The notes beneath the pieces were generated by a model. The model searched no databases and had not been told where the DNA came from. It was given only the letters and a program-made list of their open reading frames with translations. The position numbers were made by a program, and so were the translations under genes. Shown here one piece after another: positions 32,883 through 42,985 of a stretch of 64,000 nt of DNA. The stretch is taken from positions 10,050-74,049 of the forward strand of contig CACWHX010000007.1 in assembly GCA_902760845.1 (NCBI GenBank). Reading direction: 5' to 3'. The stretch is from Oscillospiraceae bacterium (GTDB lineage Bacteria; Bacillota; Clostridia; Oscillospirales; Oscillospiraceae). Numbering within the stretch: the stretch's first letter is position 1; every line of letters begins with the position of its first letter.

Positions 32883-34594
32883 ACTTGATTGCTCCCTTTT
32901 TCGTTCGCCTCGACGCGAACGGTTTTTTTATAATGTGCCGCCGAGGCCAGCTGCTCTTCGGCGCTGGCAAGCGTCAGATCCGTGATATGGTCGCCGCCGT
33001 GCAGCCGGGCAATTTCCCGGCTGCTGCCGGCATGATCCAGCAGCTCCACGGTGGTGCGGGTCCGTCCGTCGGCCTCTGATTTTTCAATGCGGTAATGGCG
33101 ATCCGCCATTGCGGCAATCTGCGGCAGATGCGTGATACAAATGACCTGCTTTGCAGCGGAGAGCTTCGCGAGTTTCTCCCCCACGCGCTGCGCCGCCACA
33201 CCGGATACGCCCGCATCCACCTCGTCAAACACCATCGACGGCACGGCGTCCCGCTGGGCGAACACATTTTTCAGCGCCAGCATGATGCGCGAAAGCTCGC
33301 CGCCGGAGGCGATGCGGCTGATCCGGCCCGGCGCTTCTCCGGCATTGGCCGAGAGAAGAAATCGTACCGTGTCAGCGCCCGTGGACTGAAAGCCCGGCGC
33401 ACCGCCAAGCGGCAAAATCTCCACCTGAAAGCGAACGCCCGGCATCGCAAGCTCGCGCAGCTCCTGCACAACCTGCCGTTCCAGCGACGCCGCGGCGGCC
33501 TTGCGCGCCTTTGTCAGCGCGTCAGCCGTCTGCAGGACGCGCGCTTCCTGCGAGCGGATCAGGCGCTCCAGCTTCAAAAGACGGTCCCCGGCGTACTCAA
33601 TCTGGTCGATTCGCTGCCGCGCGTCCTCCAGCTTTTGCAGGAGACCCGCTTCATCGGTGTGATATTTCCGTTCCAGCCGCCGAAGGAGCGCGAGGCGGCT
33701 TTCGATACGGTCGTACTCCGCCTCTGAAAAATCCAGACCGTCCCGGAAATCGCGCAGCGTCTCCGCCGCGTCCTGCAGGGTGAATACCGCCTCGTGGACC
33801 GCACCCGGGAGCGCTGCCAGTTCGCTTGCAAACCCCGCCGCGCGGGTGACGGCAGACTCCGCCTCCGCGGCGAGAGAAATGGCGCTCACATCCTGCCCAT
33901 CGAGCAGCGCATAGGCCGACTCGACGGACTCGGACAACTTTTCAAAATTTCGCAGCAGATCGCGCCGCTCCGTCAGCTCCGCCTCCTCGCCGGATCGAAG
34001 CTCAGCCTGCTCCAGCTCTTCAATCTGGTGCTGCAGACTGTCGGTCAAAAGCTCCTTTTCGTCCTCATAGGAGCGCAGCGTCTCCTGCTCCCTGCAGAGC
34101 TCGATATATTTCTGATATTCCTCCGTATAAGCTGCAAGCGCGCGCTCAGGCACGCCAAACGCATCCAGATAATGCAGATGCTGCCGTTCATCCAGCAGCT
34201 GCTGCCCATCGTTTTGTCCATGAATATCAAGCAGCAGACTCCCCAGCTCGCGCAGCTGCGCCGCGGTGACCGGCACGCCGCAGACGCGGCAGGCGGTCTT
34301 GCCCTCGGCCGTGATCTGCCGGCGGAGGATCAGCTCGTCGTCAAGGTCGATTTCATTGTCGGCGCACCACTGCGCCGCCGCTTCCGGATCGAATGTGGCG
34401 CAGATCACGGCCTTGTCCGCTCCGGTGCGCACAAGCTCGCGCGAGGCGCGCCCTCCCAGCACCGCGTAAAGCGAATCGACCACGATGGACTTGCCCGCGC
34501 CGGTCTCGCCCGTGAGGATATTGAGACCCGCGCCGAACGTCAGATCCGCGCGCTCGATGACCGCGATGTTTTCAATATGCAGTTCCTGGAGCAT
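32879..34594 (-). CDS. recN: DNA repair protein RecN
   Basis: MLQELHIENIAVIE, Walker A GETGAGKS, long coiled coil, C-terminal GGELSRIMLALK...DEVDAGVSG. Confidence 0.96.
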   Translation of the reverse strand: MLQELHIENIAVIERADLTFGAGLNILTGETGAGKSIVVDSLYAVLGGRASRELVRTGADKAVICATFDPEAAAQWCADNEIDLDDELILRRQITAEGKTACRVCGVPVTAAQLRELGSLLLDIHGQNDGQQLLDERQHLHYLDAFGVPERALAAYTEEYQKYIELCREQETLRSYEDEKELLTDSLQHQIEELEQAELRSGEEAELTERRDLLRNFEKLSESVESAYALLDGQDVSAISLAAEAESAVTRAAGFASELAALPGAVHEAVFTLQDAAETLRDFRDGLDFSEAEYDRIESRLALLRRLERKYHTDEAGLLQKLEDARQRIDQIEYAGDRLLKLERLIRSQEARVLQTADALTKARKAAAASLERQVVQELRELAMPGVRFQVEILPLGGAPGFQSTGADTVRFLLSANAGEAPGRISRIASGGELSRIMLALKNVFAQRDAVPSMVFDEVDAGVSGVAAQRVGEKLAKLSAAKQVICITHLPQIAAMADRHYRIEKSEADGRTRTTVELLDHAGSSREIARLHGGDHITDLTLASAEEQLASAAHYKKTVRVEANEKGSNQV

Positions 34595-34615
34595 TCCGGT
34601 TCACCCCCGAAACGA

Positions 34616-35065
34616 TCAAAGCATCTTTTCGATTTCCTTGCAAAATTCCAGCGCCGACACGCTGTCTTTCATCACCAGCATCACGGTGTCGTCGCCGGCC
34701 AGCGTTCCAACGAGCGTCTCCAGATTCATGCTGTCCAGCGTCGAGGCGGCGGCGTTGGCAAGGCCCGGCAGCGTTTTGATGACGATGATATTCTGCGCCG
34801 CGGCATGCGACGTCACGCTCTCGCGAAAGATTTTCCGCAGACGGTCATCATATCCGGGCACCTCGTCCCCAGATGGGGCCGTGTAGCGATATTTGCCGCT
34901 GGCGGAGAGCGTCTTGATTAGATGCAGCTCCTTGATGTCGCGGGAAAGCGTGGCCTGTGTGCTTTTGATGCCGCGCTGCGCCAGCGCCTCCATGAGCTGG
35001 TTTTGCGTTTCGATCTCCTGTTTTTCAATGATCGAAAGAATGACATTTTGTCTCGTTGTTTTCAT
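34616..35065 (-). CDS. argR: Arginine repressor
   Basis: 149 aa. Winged-helix N-terminus (RQNVILSIIEKQEIETQNQL) and C-terminal GTLAGDDTV motif. Confidence 0.93.
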   Translation of the reverse strand: MKTTRQNVILSIIEKQEIETQNQLMEALAQRGIKSTQATLSRDIKELHLIKTLSASGKYRYTAPSGDEVPGYDDRLRKIFRESVTSHAAAQNIIVIKTLPGLANAAASTLDSMNLETLVGTLAGDDTVMLVMKDSVSALEFCKEIEKML

Positions 35066-35080
35066 GTGCGAGCCTCCGCG

Positions 35081-35944
35081 CTAAAATCGTCCGGTCAATT
35101 TCTGAAATGCGGTTTCATAAAAGCTGCGTGTGCCGACGTCCGCAAGCAAAACTGTGCAGTCGGATTTATGGATGCGGACATGGTCGCCGCCGTTGAGCGG
35201 CACGCCGTCGCCGCCGTCCGCCACCAGAATGGCCGGCCTGTCATGAATGCGCTCCGGCTCGACGGTGATCGTGCGACCGGGCCGCAGCACGAAGGATTTT
35301 CCCACCATCGTGTGCGGACAGATCGGCGTCAGGATGATATTCTCGCTGTCCGGCTCCACGAGCGGCCCGCCGGCCGACATGGAATACGCGGTCGAGCCGG
35401 TTGGCGTGGAAATGATGATCCCGTCGCCGTTAAAATGCGTCACGGGAACGCCGTCACAGCGGGCAAGGATGCCGATGCAGTCCACGTTGGCGCCGTGAAC
35501 GACCACGTCGTTGAGCACACACTGGCGAAACGTCGTTTCTCCGCTGCGCAGCAGCTCGACATCCAGCATCATTCTGCGGCTGACGCTGTAATGCCCGTCC
35601 GCCACGGAGAGCAGCTCCTGCGTCTCCGTCTCCTCCAGACCGGCAAGAAAGCCCTTCCCCCCCAGATTGACGCCTATGATGGGCAGTTCCAGCCCGCGAA
35701 CCGCGTCCGCGACATGGAGGATCGTTCCGTCGCCACCCAGGGCAATGACGAGCGCCGCGCCTTCAATCGCTTCCTCCAGCGGCAGACAGCGCATGGATCG
35801 CTCGGCCTCGCCCCATCTGGTTATGAATACCGGGGAGGCAATGACGCTGTGTCCGTTTTGCGTCAAAAGATCATAAATTGTGCGCGCTTTTTCAAATTGC
35901 GCGTCGCGAAACGGATTTGCTGCCAGGACAATATGACCACGCAT
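35081..35944 (-). CDS. nadK: NAD kinase
   Basis: ALGGDGTILH, NLGGKGFL and STPTGSTAYS motifs. Confidence 0.93.
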   Translation of the reverse strand: MRGHIVLAANPFRDAQFEKARTIYDLLTQNGHSVIASPVFITRWGEAERSMRCLPLEEAIEGAALVIALGGDGTILHVADAVRGLELPIIGVNLGGKGFLAGLEETETQELLSVADGHYSVSRRMMLDVELLRSGETTFRQCVLNDVVVHGANVDCIGILARCDGVPVTHFNGDGIIISTPTGSTAYSMSAGGPLVEPDSENIILTPICPHTMVGKSFVLRPGRTITVEPERIHDRPAILVADGGDGVPLNGGDHVRIHKSDCTVLLADVGTRSFYETAFQKLTGRF

Positions 35945-35950
35945 TCCAAA

Positions 35951-36754
35951 TCACCTTTTTTCCAAGCTCTCGTGGGACCGCGCAACCACCGCCGCGGGGT
36001 CCGGGACCGACGCGGGGCACGTTCCCTTGCGCAGATAGCCGAGATATTCGATGTTTCCCTCGGGGCCCCTGATCGGTGAAAAATCCAATCCGAGCACCGT
36101 GTAGCCCGCAGCCGGAGCATACTCCAGAAACTGCTGCAGCACCTGAAGATGGACCCTCTGGTCACGGACGACGCCTTTTTTGCCGACCTCTTCCCTGCCG
36201 GCTTCAAACTGCGGCTTGATGAGGCACAGCACGGCGGCGCCCTCCCGCAAAAGCGGATGCACCGCAGGCAGAATCAGCCGCAGAGAAATAAAAGAAAGGT
36301 CCATGACCGCAAGATCTATTGGCTCCGAGATCTGCTCCGGTGTGAGATGGCGAACGTTCGTGCGCTCCATGGAGACGACGCGCGCGTCGCTGCGCAGGCT
36401 CCATGCGAGCTGGCCATAACCCACGTCTACGGCGTAGACCCGCTTCGCGCCGTTTTTCAGCAGCACGTCCGTAAATCCTCCGGTGGAGGCGCCGCAGTCG
36501 ATGCAGACAAGGTCCTGCGGATCGACCGGGAACACCTGCAGCGCTTTTTCCAGCTTGAACCCGCCGCGACTCACATATGGAAGCGCGTCTCCGCGCACCT
36601 CAATGCCTGCGTCCGGAGACACCTGCACCCCGGGCTTTTCCGCTTTTTGTCCGTTGACGTAAACGAGTCCGCACATGATCGTCGTCTTCGCGCGCTCCCG
36701 GCTCTCCGCCAGACCGAGATCATACACAAGCTGGTCAAGCCGGATTTTCTTCAC
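35951..36754 (-). CDS. tlyA: TlyA family rRNA 2'-O-methyltransferase
   Basis: S4-like N-terminus (RLDQLV...SRERAK) and FtsJ motif DCGASTGGFTD. Confidence 0.92.
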   Translation of the reverse strand: MKKIRLDQLVYDLGLAESRERAKTTIMCGLVYVNGQKAEKPGVQVSPDAGIEVRGDALPYVSRGGFKLEKALQVFPVDPQDLVCIDCGASTGGFTDVLLKNGAKRVYAVDVGYGQLAWSLRSDARVVSMERTNVRHLTPEQISEPIDLAVMDLSFISLRLILPAVHPLLREGAAVLCLIKPQFEAGREEVGKKGVVRDQRVHLQVLQQFLEYAPAAGYTVLGLDFSPIRGPEGNIEYLGYLRKGTCPASVPDPAAVVARSHESLEKR

Positions 36755-38624
36755 CGCAGACTCCTTCCCCGCCGTCGATCATGCCGCGCGCGGCGGCCGC
36801 CACGGAGGCGGCATCCAGCCCGTATTGCTGCGTCAGAAGCTCAGGATCCCCATGCGTAACGACGCCGCTTTGCAGATTGAGCAGCCGCGCCGCGGCCAGC
36901 GGGATGCCGGCCTGCTCCGCCGCGGCCAGCAGATACGTGCCCGCGCAGCCAGCCGCGCAGACGTCCTCCAGGACGATCAAACGTCCGGTTTTCCGAATCG
37001 ACGCCAGAGCCAGATCCGTTTCCGGCGGAAGCACGCGCCCAAGCTTGATGATCTCGGCGGAGACGCCGGACTTCGCAAGAAGCTCCGCCGCGGCGAGCGC
37101 TTCGTTGGTCAGAATGCCATAGGTCACAATCGTAACGTCGCATCCTGGCCGCAGACATGCCGCAGCTTCCGTGCGCAGGTCTTTGTACGCGCCCTCCCCG
37201 CCGCGCGGGTAGCGCACGGCGACGGGGCCCTCCGTCTCATACAGCGCCATGCGCAGCATCTCGCGAAGCTCCGCATAGCTGGCAGGGCAAAAAAGCGTCA
37301 TTCCCGGCACAGACCCCAGATAGCTGACATCAAAGCAGCCGTTATGCGTGTCGCCGTCGTTTCCGACGACGCCCGCCCGATCTACCCCGAACACGACGTG
37401 AAGCCGCTGCAGCGCAACATCGTGCAGCAGCATATCATATCCGCGCTGTAAAAAGCTTGAATACACGGCAAATACCGGGTGCAGCCCCTGCTTTGCCATG
37501 GCGCCCGCCATCGTGACGGCGTGCTCCTCGGCAATGCCGACGTCGAAAAACCGGTCGGGATATCGTTCAGAAAACGCTGTAAGCCCCGTTCCGCTGGCCA
37601 TGGCCGCGGTGATTGCAACGAGATTGGGGTCCTGCCTTGCAAATTCAATCAGGGCATCGCCAAAGATCGCGGAAAAGCAGTCCTTTTCCGGGGGCAGCGC
37701 TCCTGTGCGCGCGTCAAATTTTCCGACGCCGTGATAGCTTTCCGGCGCGCGCTCCGTATAAGGCACGCCCTTGCCCTTCTTGGTGATAACATGCAGCAGC
37801 ACCGGCTGGCGCAAATCGCGCGCCCAGCGCAGCACGCGCTCCATCTCGTGTTCGTCGTGCCCATCCACGGGGCCGATATAGTAAAAGCCCATATCGTCGA
37901 ACATGTTATCCGGCAGAACGCCGGCCTTTACGCGCTCCTTCACGCGATGGAGCACATCATAAACCGGCTTGACCTGTCCGACGGTGCTGCGGTAAAACCG
38001 CTTGAAGCGGAGATAGGACGGCGTCACGCGCTGCTTGGAGAGCAGCGTCGCCATACCGCCGACGTTTTTGTGGATGGACATTCCATTGTCGTTCAAAATG
38101 ATGACCAGCGGCTCGCCGCTCTGTCCGGCGTCGGACAGCCCCTCATAGGCCAACCCGCCGGTGAGCGCGCCGTCGCCGATCAGCGCGACGACGTCGTAAT
38201 CCTCGCCGCGCAGCGTTCGCGCCCGCGCCATGCCGAGCGCGGCGGAAATGGACGTGGATGCGTGCCCGGCGGCAAAGGCGTCATGCGCGCTCTCGCCCGG
38301 CTTGGGAAAACCGGCGATGCCGCCATACTGCCGAAGCGTGTGGAACGCATCGCGCCGCCCGGTGAGAATCTTATGGACGTAGCTCTGATGGCCAACGTCG
38401 AAAAGCAGACGATCCTTTGAAGTGTCATAGACCCGGTGAATGGCGACCGTCAGCTCCACGGCGCCAAGGTTGGACGCCAGATGGCCGCCGGTCTGAGAAA
38501 TCGTCTGCACCAGAAACGATCGAAGCTCTGAACAGAGCTGGGGAATCCGGGATTCCGGCAACGCCTTCAGATCGTCGGGAGATTGAATTTGTTCTAATAG
38601 GCTCAAAACGGATACCTCACGCAA
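36735..38624 (-). CDS. dxs: 1-deoxy-D-xylulose-5-phosphate synthase
   Basis: GGHLASNLG, GHASTSISAALGMA, IGDGALTGG. 629 aa. Confidence 0.96.
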   Translation of the reverse strand: MREVSVLSLLEQIQSPDDLKALPESRIPQLCSELRSFLVQTISQTGGHLASNLGAVELTVAIHRVYDTSKDRLLFDVGHQSYVHKILTGRRDAFHTLRQYGGIAGFPKPGESAHDAFAAGHASTSISAALGMARARTLRGEDYDVVALIGDGALTGGLAYEGLSDAGQSGEPLVIILNDNGMSIHKNVGGMATLLSKQRVTPSYLRFKRFYRSTVGQVKPVYDVLHRVKERVKAGVLPDNMFDDMGFYYIGPVDGHDEHEMERVLRWARDLRQPVLLHVITKKGKGVPYTERAPESYHGVGKFDARTGALPPEKDCFSAIFGDALIEFARQDPNLVAITAAMASGTGLTAFSERYPDRFFDVGIAEEHAVTMAGAMAKQGLHPVFAVYSSFLQRGYDMLLHDVALQRLHVVFGVDRAGVVGNDGDTHNGCFDVSYLGSVPGMTLFCPASYAELREMLRMALYETEGPVAVRYPRGGEGAYKDLRTEAAACLRPGCDVTIVTYGILTNEALAAAELLAKSGVSAEIIKLGRVLPPETDLALASIRKTGRLIVLEDVCAAGCAGTYLLAAAEQAGIPLAAARLLNLQSGVVTHGDPELLTQQYGLDAASVAAAARGMIDGGEGVCGEENPA

Positions 38625-38642
38625 AAATTAGCTTTGGGAGCA

Positions 38643-39524
38643 TCAGCTCCGGCGCGTCTCCAGTGAACGCGCCAGCGCCTGCAGAAAGGCGGAGTCAGAA
38701 AACGCGCCCGCCACGGCCGAAGCCGCCTGATTCGTGAGATCATGCACTTCGCGCTGGCAGCGCTCCAGACCATAGAGCGACATGAAGGTCGTCTTCCCTT
38801 CCTGCGCGTCGGAGCCGATGGGCTTGCCGAGCTCCTCCGCCGTGCTGATCACATCCAGCATATCGTCCCGAATCTGAAAGGCGAGCCCCAGTGCGTGCGC
38901 ATAAGTCTCCGCCGCCGCAAGCTGCGTGTCCGACCCATTGCCGCAGGCGATGCCCATGCGGCAGGCCGCGTGAAACATCGCGGCGGTCTTGCGGCTGTGA
39001 ATCTCCAGCAGCTCCTCGCGGGTGAGGGGTTTTCCCTCTCCCTCCATGTCAAGCTGCTGGCCGCCGCAGATGCCGCTCGTCCCGGCGGCCTCCGCCAAAA
39101 GCCGGGCGCACTCCGCGCGCACCGCCACCGGAAGACCACTCTCCAGAATCGTGCGGAACGCCTCCGCCTGCAGCGCGTCGCCCGCCAGCGTTGCGGTGCA
39201 TTCTCCGTAGATCACGTGATTCGTGGGCTTGCCGCGGCGCAGCTCGTCATTGTCCATGCATGGCAGATCGTCGTGGATAAGGGAATACGTGTGGACCATT
39301 TCAATGGCGCAGGCCGCCGGAAGCGCCGCCGCCGCGTCTCCGCCGCAGGCGCGGCAGAACGCCAGCACCAGCACGGGACGCAGGCGCTTTCCGCCGGCGT
39401 TGAGACTGTAGCGCATCGACTCCAGCAGCGTACGATATGGGGCGTCGGCGTTGGTATAATACGCCGCAAGCGCCGTATCAACAAGCGATTTGTCCCGATT
39501 ATATTCCGTCTGAAAATCGAACAT
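38643..39524 (-). CDS. ispA: Polyprenyl (farnesyl) diphosphate synthase
   Basis: First Asp-rich motif LIHDDLPCMDNDELRRG and second motif FQIRDDMLD. Confidence 0.92.
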   Translation of the reverse strand: MFDFQTEYNRDKSLVDTALAAYYTNADAPYRTLLESMRYSLNAGGKRLRPVLVLAFCRACGGDAAAALPAACAIEMVHTYSLIHDDLPCMDNDELRRGKPTNHVIYGECTATLAGDALQAEAFRTILESGLPVAVRAECARLLAEAAGTSGICGGQQLDMEGEGKPLTREELLEIHSRKTAAMFHAACRMGIACGNGSDTQLAAAETYAHALGLAFQIRDDMLDVISTAEELGKPIGSDAQEGKTTFMSLYGLERCQREVHDLTNQAASAVAGAFSDSAFLQALARSLETRRS

Positions 39525-39527
39525 TGA

Positions 39528-39764
39528 TTAAACGCCCTCGCTCTCAAACGGCAGCTCGACCGGCGCGCCATCGCTTCCCTTTTTCAGCATGACAACCTTT
39601 TGCTCGGCCGCGTCCAGCTGCTTGCTGCACTGCGCCAGCAGACGCGACCCCTCTTCAAACAGCACAAGAGATTCCTCCAGCGCAACGTCGCCCTTTTCAA
39701 GCCGGCGGACGATCCCGTCCAGCCGCTGCATCGCGTCCTCAAAGGACAGCTTCTTTTCTTCCAT
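39528..39764 (-). CDS. xseB: Exodeoxyribonuclease VII small subunit
   Basis: 78 aa. SFEDAMQRLDGIVRRLEKGDVALEESL pattern. Confidence 0.9.
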   Translation of the reverse strand: MEEKKLSFEDAMQRLDGIVRRLEKGDVALEESLVLFEEGSRLLAQCSKQLDAAEQKVVMLKKGSDGAPVELPFESEGV

Positions 39765-40968
39765 GGGGTTCCTCCTTCTCCTCTACCCGGCACCGCAGCG
39801 CGCCGTCTGCCAGGCGAAGGCGCAGCGCGTCGCCGACCGATACCGATCCGGTGGATTTTATGATCGCACCGTCCGCCGCCGTTGCGACGGAGTAGCCGCG
39901 CGCGAGCACCTTCAGCGGGCTCATCGCGTCCAGCGCGGCGGTTGTGCGCGCAAACATCTGTTTATGCGCCGCGAGATAGCCGTCGCCCGCGCCAATGAGT
40001 CTGCTGCGCAGATAATCCAGTTCCACACGCTTGCCGTCCAGATATGCGGTCGGGCTGGTAAGCACCTTTCGGCCGGAAAGCTCGTCCAGCCGCGCGCGCC
40101 GGTCCGTCAAGTGCTTGCGCATCGCCTGCGACAGGCGAATCTCATACCCGGCGAGCGCATCGCGCACGTCCGTCTGATCCGGAACCGCAAGCTCCGCCGC
40201 ATTGGACGGCGTCGCCGCGCGCACATCCGCGACAAAGTCGGAGATCGTCACATCCGGCTCGTGTCCCACGGCGGAGATCACCGGGAGACGGGATTCATAA
40301 ATCGCGCGCGCGACCCGCTCGTCATTGAATGCCCAGAGGTCCTCGATCGAGCCGCCGCCGCGCCCGGTGATAATTAGGTCGGCCACCTGATAGCGGTTGG
40401 CGTACCGAATGGCGCCGACGATCTCGGCAGGGGCCTCCGCGCCCTGCACGCGCACGGGCAGGAGCACGACCTTGCTTTCGGGCCAGCGCTTGCCGAGCAC
40501 GCGGATGATATCGCGCACCGCGGCCCCGGCGGACGACGTAATCACGGCGATCCGCGCCGGAAACTGCGGCAGCGGCTTCTTATGCTCGGGGGCGAACAGC
40601 CCCTCCTGCGCCAGTCGCGCCTTGAGCTGCTCGTAAGCCACGTAGAGATCACCCATGCCGGTTGGGATCAGATTCGTACAATAGAGCTGATAGGCTCCGT
40701 CGCGCGGGAAAACAGACACCCGCCCCACCGCGGTGACGCCCATGCCGCTTTCCGGCCGAAAGCGCAGCTTGGAGGCGCTGCTGCGAAACATCACGCAGCG
40801 CAGACTGCTCTCGGCGTCCTTCAAGGTGAAGTAGTGATGCCCTGAGGGGTAGATTTTATAGTTGGAAAGCTCGCCGACTACCGCAAGCTGCTCCAGCACG
40901 GGGTCGCTGTCGAGCAGGCCCTTGATGCGGGCGTTGAGCTCCGATACGGTCAAAGTCGTCTGTTCCAT
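39739..40968 (-). CDS. xseA: Exodeoxyribonuclease VII large subunit
   Basis: 409 aa. N-terminal OB fold (TVSELNARIKGLL...GELSN), ITSSAGAAVRDI, GRGGGSIEDLW. Confidence 0.95.
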   Translation of the reverse strand: MEQTTLTVSELNARIKGLLDSDPVLEQLAVVGELSNYKIYPSGHHYFTLKDAESSLRCVMFRSSASKLRFRPESGMGVTAVGRVSVFPRDGAYQLYCTNLIPTGMGDLYVAYEQLKARLAQEGLFAPEHKKPLPQFPARIAVITSSAGAAVRDIIRVLGKRWPESKVVLLPVRVQGAEAPAEIVGAIRYANRYQVADLIITGRGGGSIEDLWAFNDERVARAIYESRLPVISAVGHEPDVTISDFVADVRAATPSNAAELAVPDQTDVRDALAGYEIRLSQAMRKHLTDRRARLDELSGRKVLTSPTAYLDGKRVELDYLRSRLIGAGDGYLAAHKQMFARTTAALDAMSPLKVLARGYSVATAADGAIIKSTGSVSVGDALRLRLADGALRCRVEEKEEPHGRKEAVL

Positions 40969-40971
40969 GCC

Positions 40972-41442
40972 TTACCCTTCCGGCGCCGCAGAGGCGGCGT
41001 CAATCTCGCCGCGCAGGAAGCTGCCGAGAATGCCGTTGATAAAGGCGACCGTTTCCGGCTCCTCGTATCCCTTGGCAAGCTCCACAGCCTCGTTCACCGC
41101 CGCCGCGTTCGGCACATCGTCCAGATAGAGAATCTCGCACATGGCGCAGCGCAGAATGGCGGCGGCGATCTGGGAAATGCGCTCCAGCTTCCAGCCGCGT
41201 GCGTATTTTTCGATATAGGCATCCAGCTCCGGCGCGTGCTGCTGAATCAGCGCGGTGAGCTGCCGGATATAGGAGAGCTGCTGCGCGTCCGGATATTCGC
41301 GGAAAAGCGGATCCTCCTCCGAGAGCGTCTCAAAATACTCCGGAGTAAAAAATTCGTCCGCCGCAGCACCTGCGGCCTCGCCGGAAACGCGCGCGGCGAA
41401 GCTGAGCTGAATGGCGATTTCACGGGCTGCCGTTCTTGTCAT
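40972..41442 (-). CDS. nusB: Transcription antitermination factor NusB
   Basis: TRTAAREIAIQLSF...ILRCAMCEILYLDDVP...INEAVELAK pattern. 156 aa. Confidence 0.92.
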   Translation of the reverse strand: MTRTAAREIAIQLSFAARVSGEAAGAAADEFFTPEYFETLSEEDPLFREYPDAQQLSYIRQLTALIQQHAPELDAYIEKYARGWKLERISQIAAAILRCAMCEILYLDDVPNAAAVNEAVELAKGYEEPETVAFINGILGSFLRGEIDAASAAPEG

Positions 41443-41447
41443 AATTC

Positions 41448-41810
41448 TTATTTCTCAAACGCAACGCCGGAAATGTGGACATTGACGACCGGCATTCCCA
41501 TACCGGTCATGGACTGCACGGCATTGGCCACGGCCGTCTGCACGCCCTTCGCCACGGAAACGGCGTTGCAGCCGTAACGCACATTGATGATGATATCCAC
41601 CGTCACGACGTCGTCCAGGATCTGCACTTTGATTCCCTTGGCGGCGGACTTGATGCCGAGCAGCTCCGCCAGCTCCGTCCCGGCGGGGGTCGCAAGGCCG
41701 GCCACGCCGTCCACCTCCGTGATTGCGGCGCGTACCATCGCAAGCACGACGTCCTCGGAAATATTGATGCTGCCCTTTTCATCCTGGCAGGTGATATAGT
41801 TTTCAGGCAT
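41448..41810 (-). CDS. Asp23/Gls24 family envelope stress protein
   Basis: INISEDVVLAMVRAAITEVDGV...VTVDIIINVRYG pattern. ATG 41810. Confidence 0.9.
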   Translation of the reverse strand: MPENYITCQDEKGSINISEDVVLAMVRAAITEVDGVAGLATPAGTELAELLGIKSAAKGIKVQILDDVVTVDIIINVRYGCNAVSVAKGVQTAVANAVQSMTGMGMPVVNVHISGVAFEK

Positions 41811-41928
41811 AATGCATTCCCTCCAGTCATATTGATGCAAGATACAGTTTAGCACGGATTCCCGGAAAAAGAAAGTATAAAATGCAAGGCAGGAAAAACC
41901 TCCCGCCTTGCATTTTGGAAAAGCCTGC

Positions 41929-42489
41929 TCAGTTTTTTACTTCCACAACCTTGATCTGCGTTGCCGCAAAGTCCGTGTCGCTGACGATCGCATCCGTGAT
42001 GGTCGCAACCTGCGCCTCCGTCAGGCCCTCCTCCGGCGCCGGCACGGCGACGGTTACGCCGTCGCTCGTGACATAGGCCACGCATTCGGCGAAGTTCTTT
42101 GCCAGCAGCATGTTCTCGATCTGCGTCTCTGTCATGGAGGCAGTTGCCATCGCGGAGATGGCCGTCATGGCGCTGTCGATGGTCTCCTGCGACGCGCCCT
42201 CCGCGGCCGAGGCCGACTCCAGCAGCGACAGCGCCTCGTCGCGCGACTGCTGACGGGTGAGCCTTGCCTCGGCAAAATAATCCGACACCGTCTCCTTCGC
42301 TTCCGGCTGCGCGCTCTCCTCCGCCTGTGCCGCCGCCATGGCCGCGTCCTCCGCCGACACCATTTCCGCGTCCGCGGCGCCCCACTGGTTGTTATATGAC
42401 CAGTTGAAATACACCGCCGCGCAGACGAACAGCAGCACCGTCAGAATCGTGATGTTTCGCTTCATGTGTTTCTTCATAAATACCGACAT
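41929..42489 (-). CDS. spoIIIAH: Stage III sporulation protein AH
   Basis: N-terminal TM helix, FAEARLTRQQSRDEALSLL motif, last gene of the spoIIIA operon by position. Confidence 0.85.
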   Translation of the reverse strand: MSVFMKKHMKRNITILTVLLFVCAAVYFNWSYNNQWGAADAEMVSAEDAAMAAAQAEESAQPEAKETVSDYFAEARLTRQQSRDEALSLLESASAAEGASQETIDSAMTAISAMATASMTETQIENMLLAKNFAECVAYVTSDGVTVAVPAPEEGLTEAQVATITDAIVSDTDFAATQIKVVEVKN

Positions 42490-42502
42490 CCTCCTGTTTG
42501 TT

Positions 42503-42985
42503 TTATTGCGCCCCCGCCCGCAGCTTCAGGACGGAGATTTGATCAGTCCCCAGCCCGGTAAACTGTGAGACCGCCTGCAGGATATTCAGCCGGACCTGCG
42601 GCGAGTCGCCGCCGTCGCACACAATCACCGCGCCCTGATACTGCGGATAGATCGTCCTTCGTGTGACGGCGCTCTGCCTTCCGCTGCCCGTGGAGACGAT
42701 CACTGTCTCATCCCCGTCCGAGACGTATTCCGTCTCCGCGGAGGTGCGAAACGACAGCAGCACCCGCACGCGCCCGGCGCCCTCGATCTCGGAGAGGATG
42801 GACGCAAGACGCGCTTCCGCCGCCTCCGCCTCCTGCTGCGCGCTGACCGTTTCCGCGGCAGGCTCCGACCGTTCGGAGGCTTTGGCGTCCCGATCCGGCA
42901 GCAGCAACAGCGCGACGCCTACCAGCAGGATGAGCAGGGCGAATTTATACCGGTCCCATACTTGCAGAAGCTTACTCTGTTTCAT
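42503..42985 (-). CDS. spoIIIAG: Stage III sporulation protein AG
   Basis: TM anchor plus C-terminal YQGAVIVCDGGDSPQVRLNILQAVSQFTGL. ATG 42985. Confidence 0.85.
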   Translation of the reverse strand: MKQSKLLQVWDRYKFALLILLVGVALLLLPDRDAKASERSEPAAETVSAQQEAEAAEARLASILSEIEGAGRVRVLLSFRTSAETEYVSDGDETVIVSTGSGRQSAVTRRTIYPQYQGAVIVCDGGDSPQVRLNILQAVSQFTGLGTDQISVLKLRAGAQ

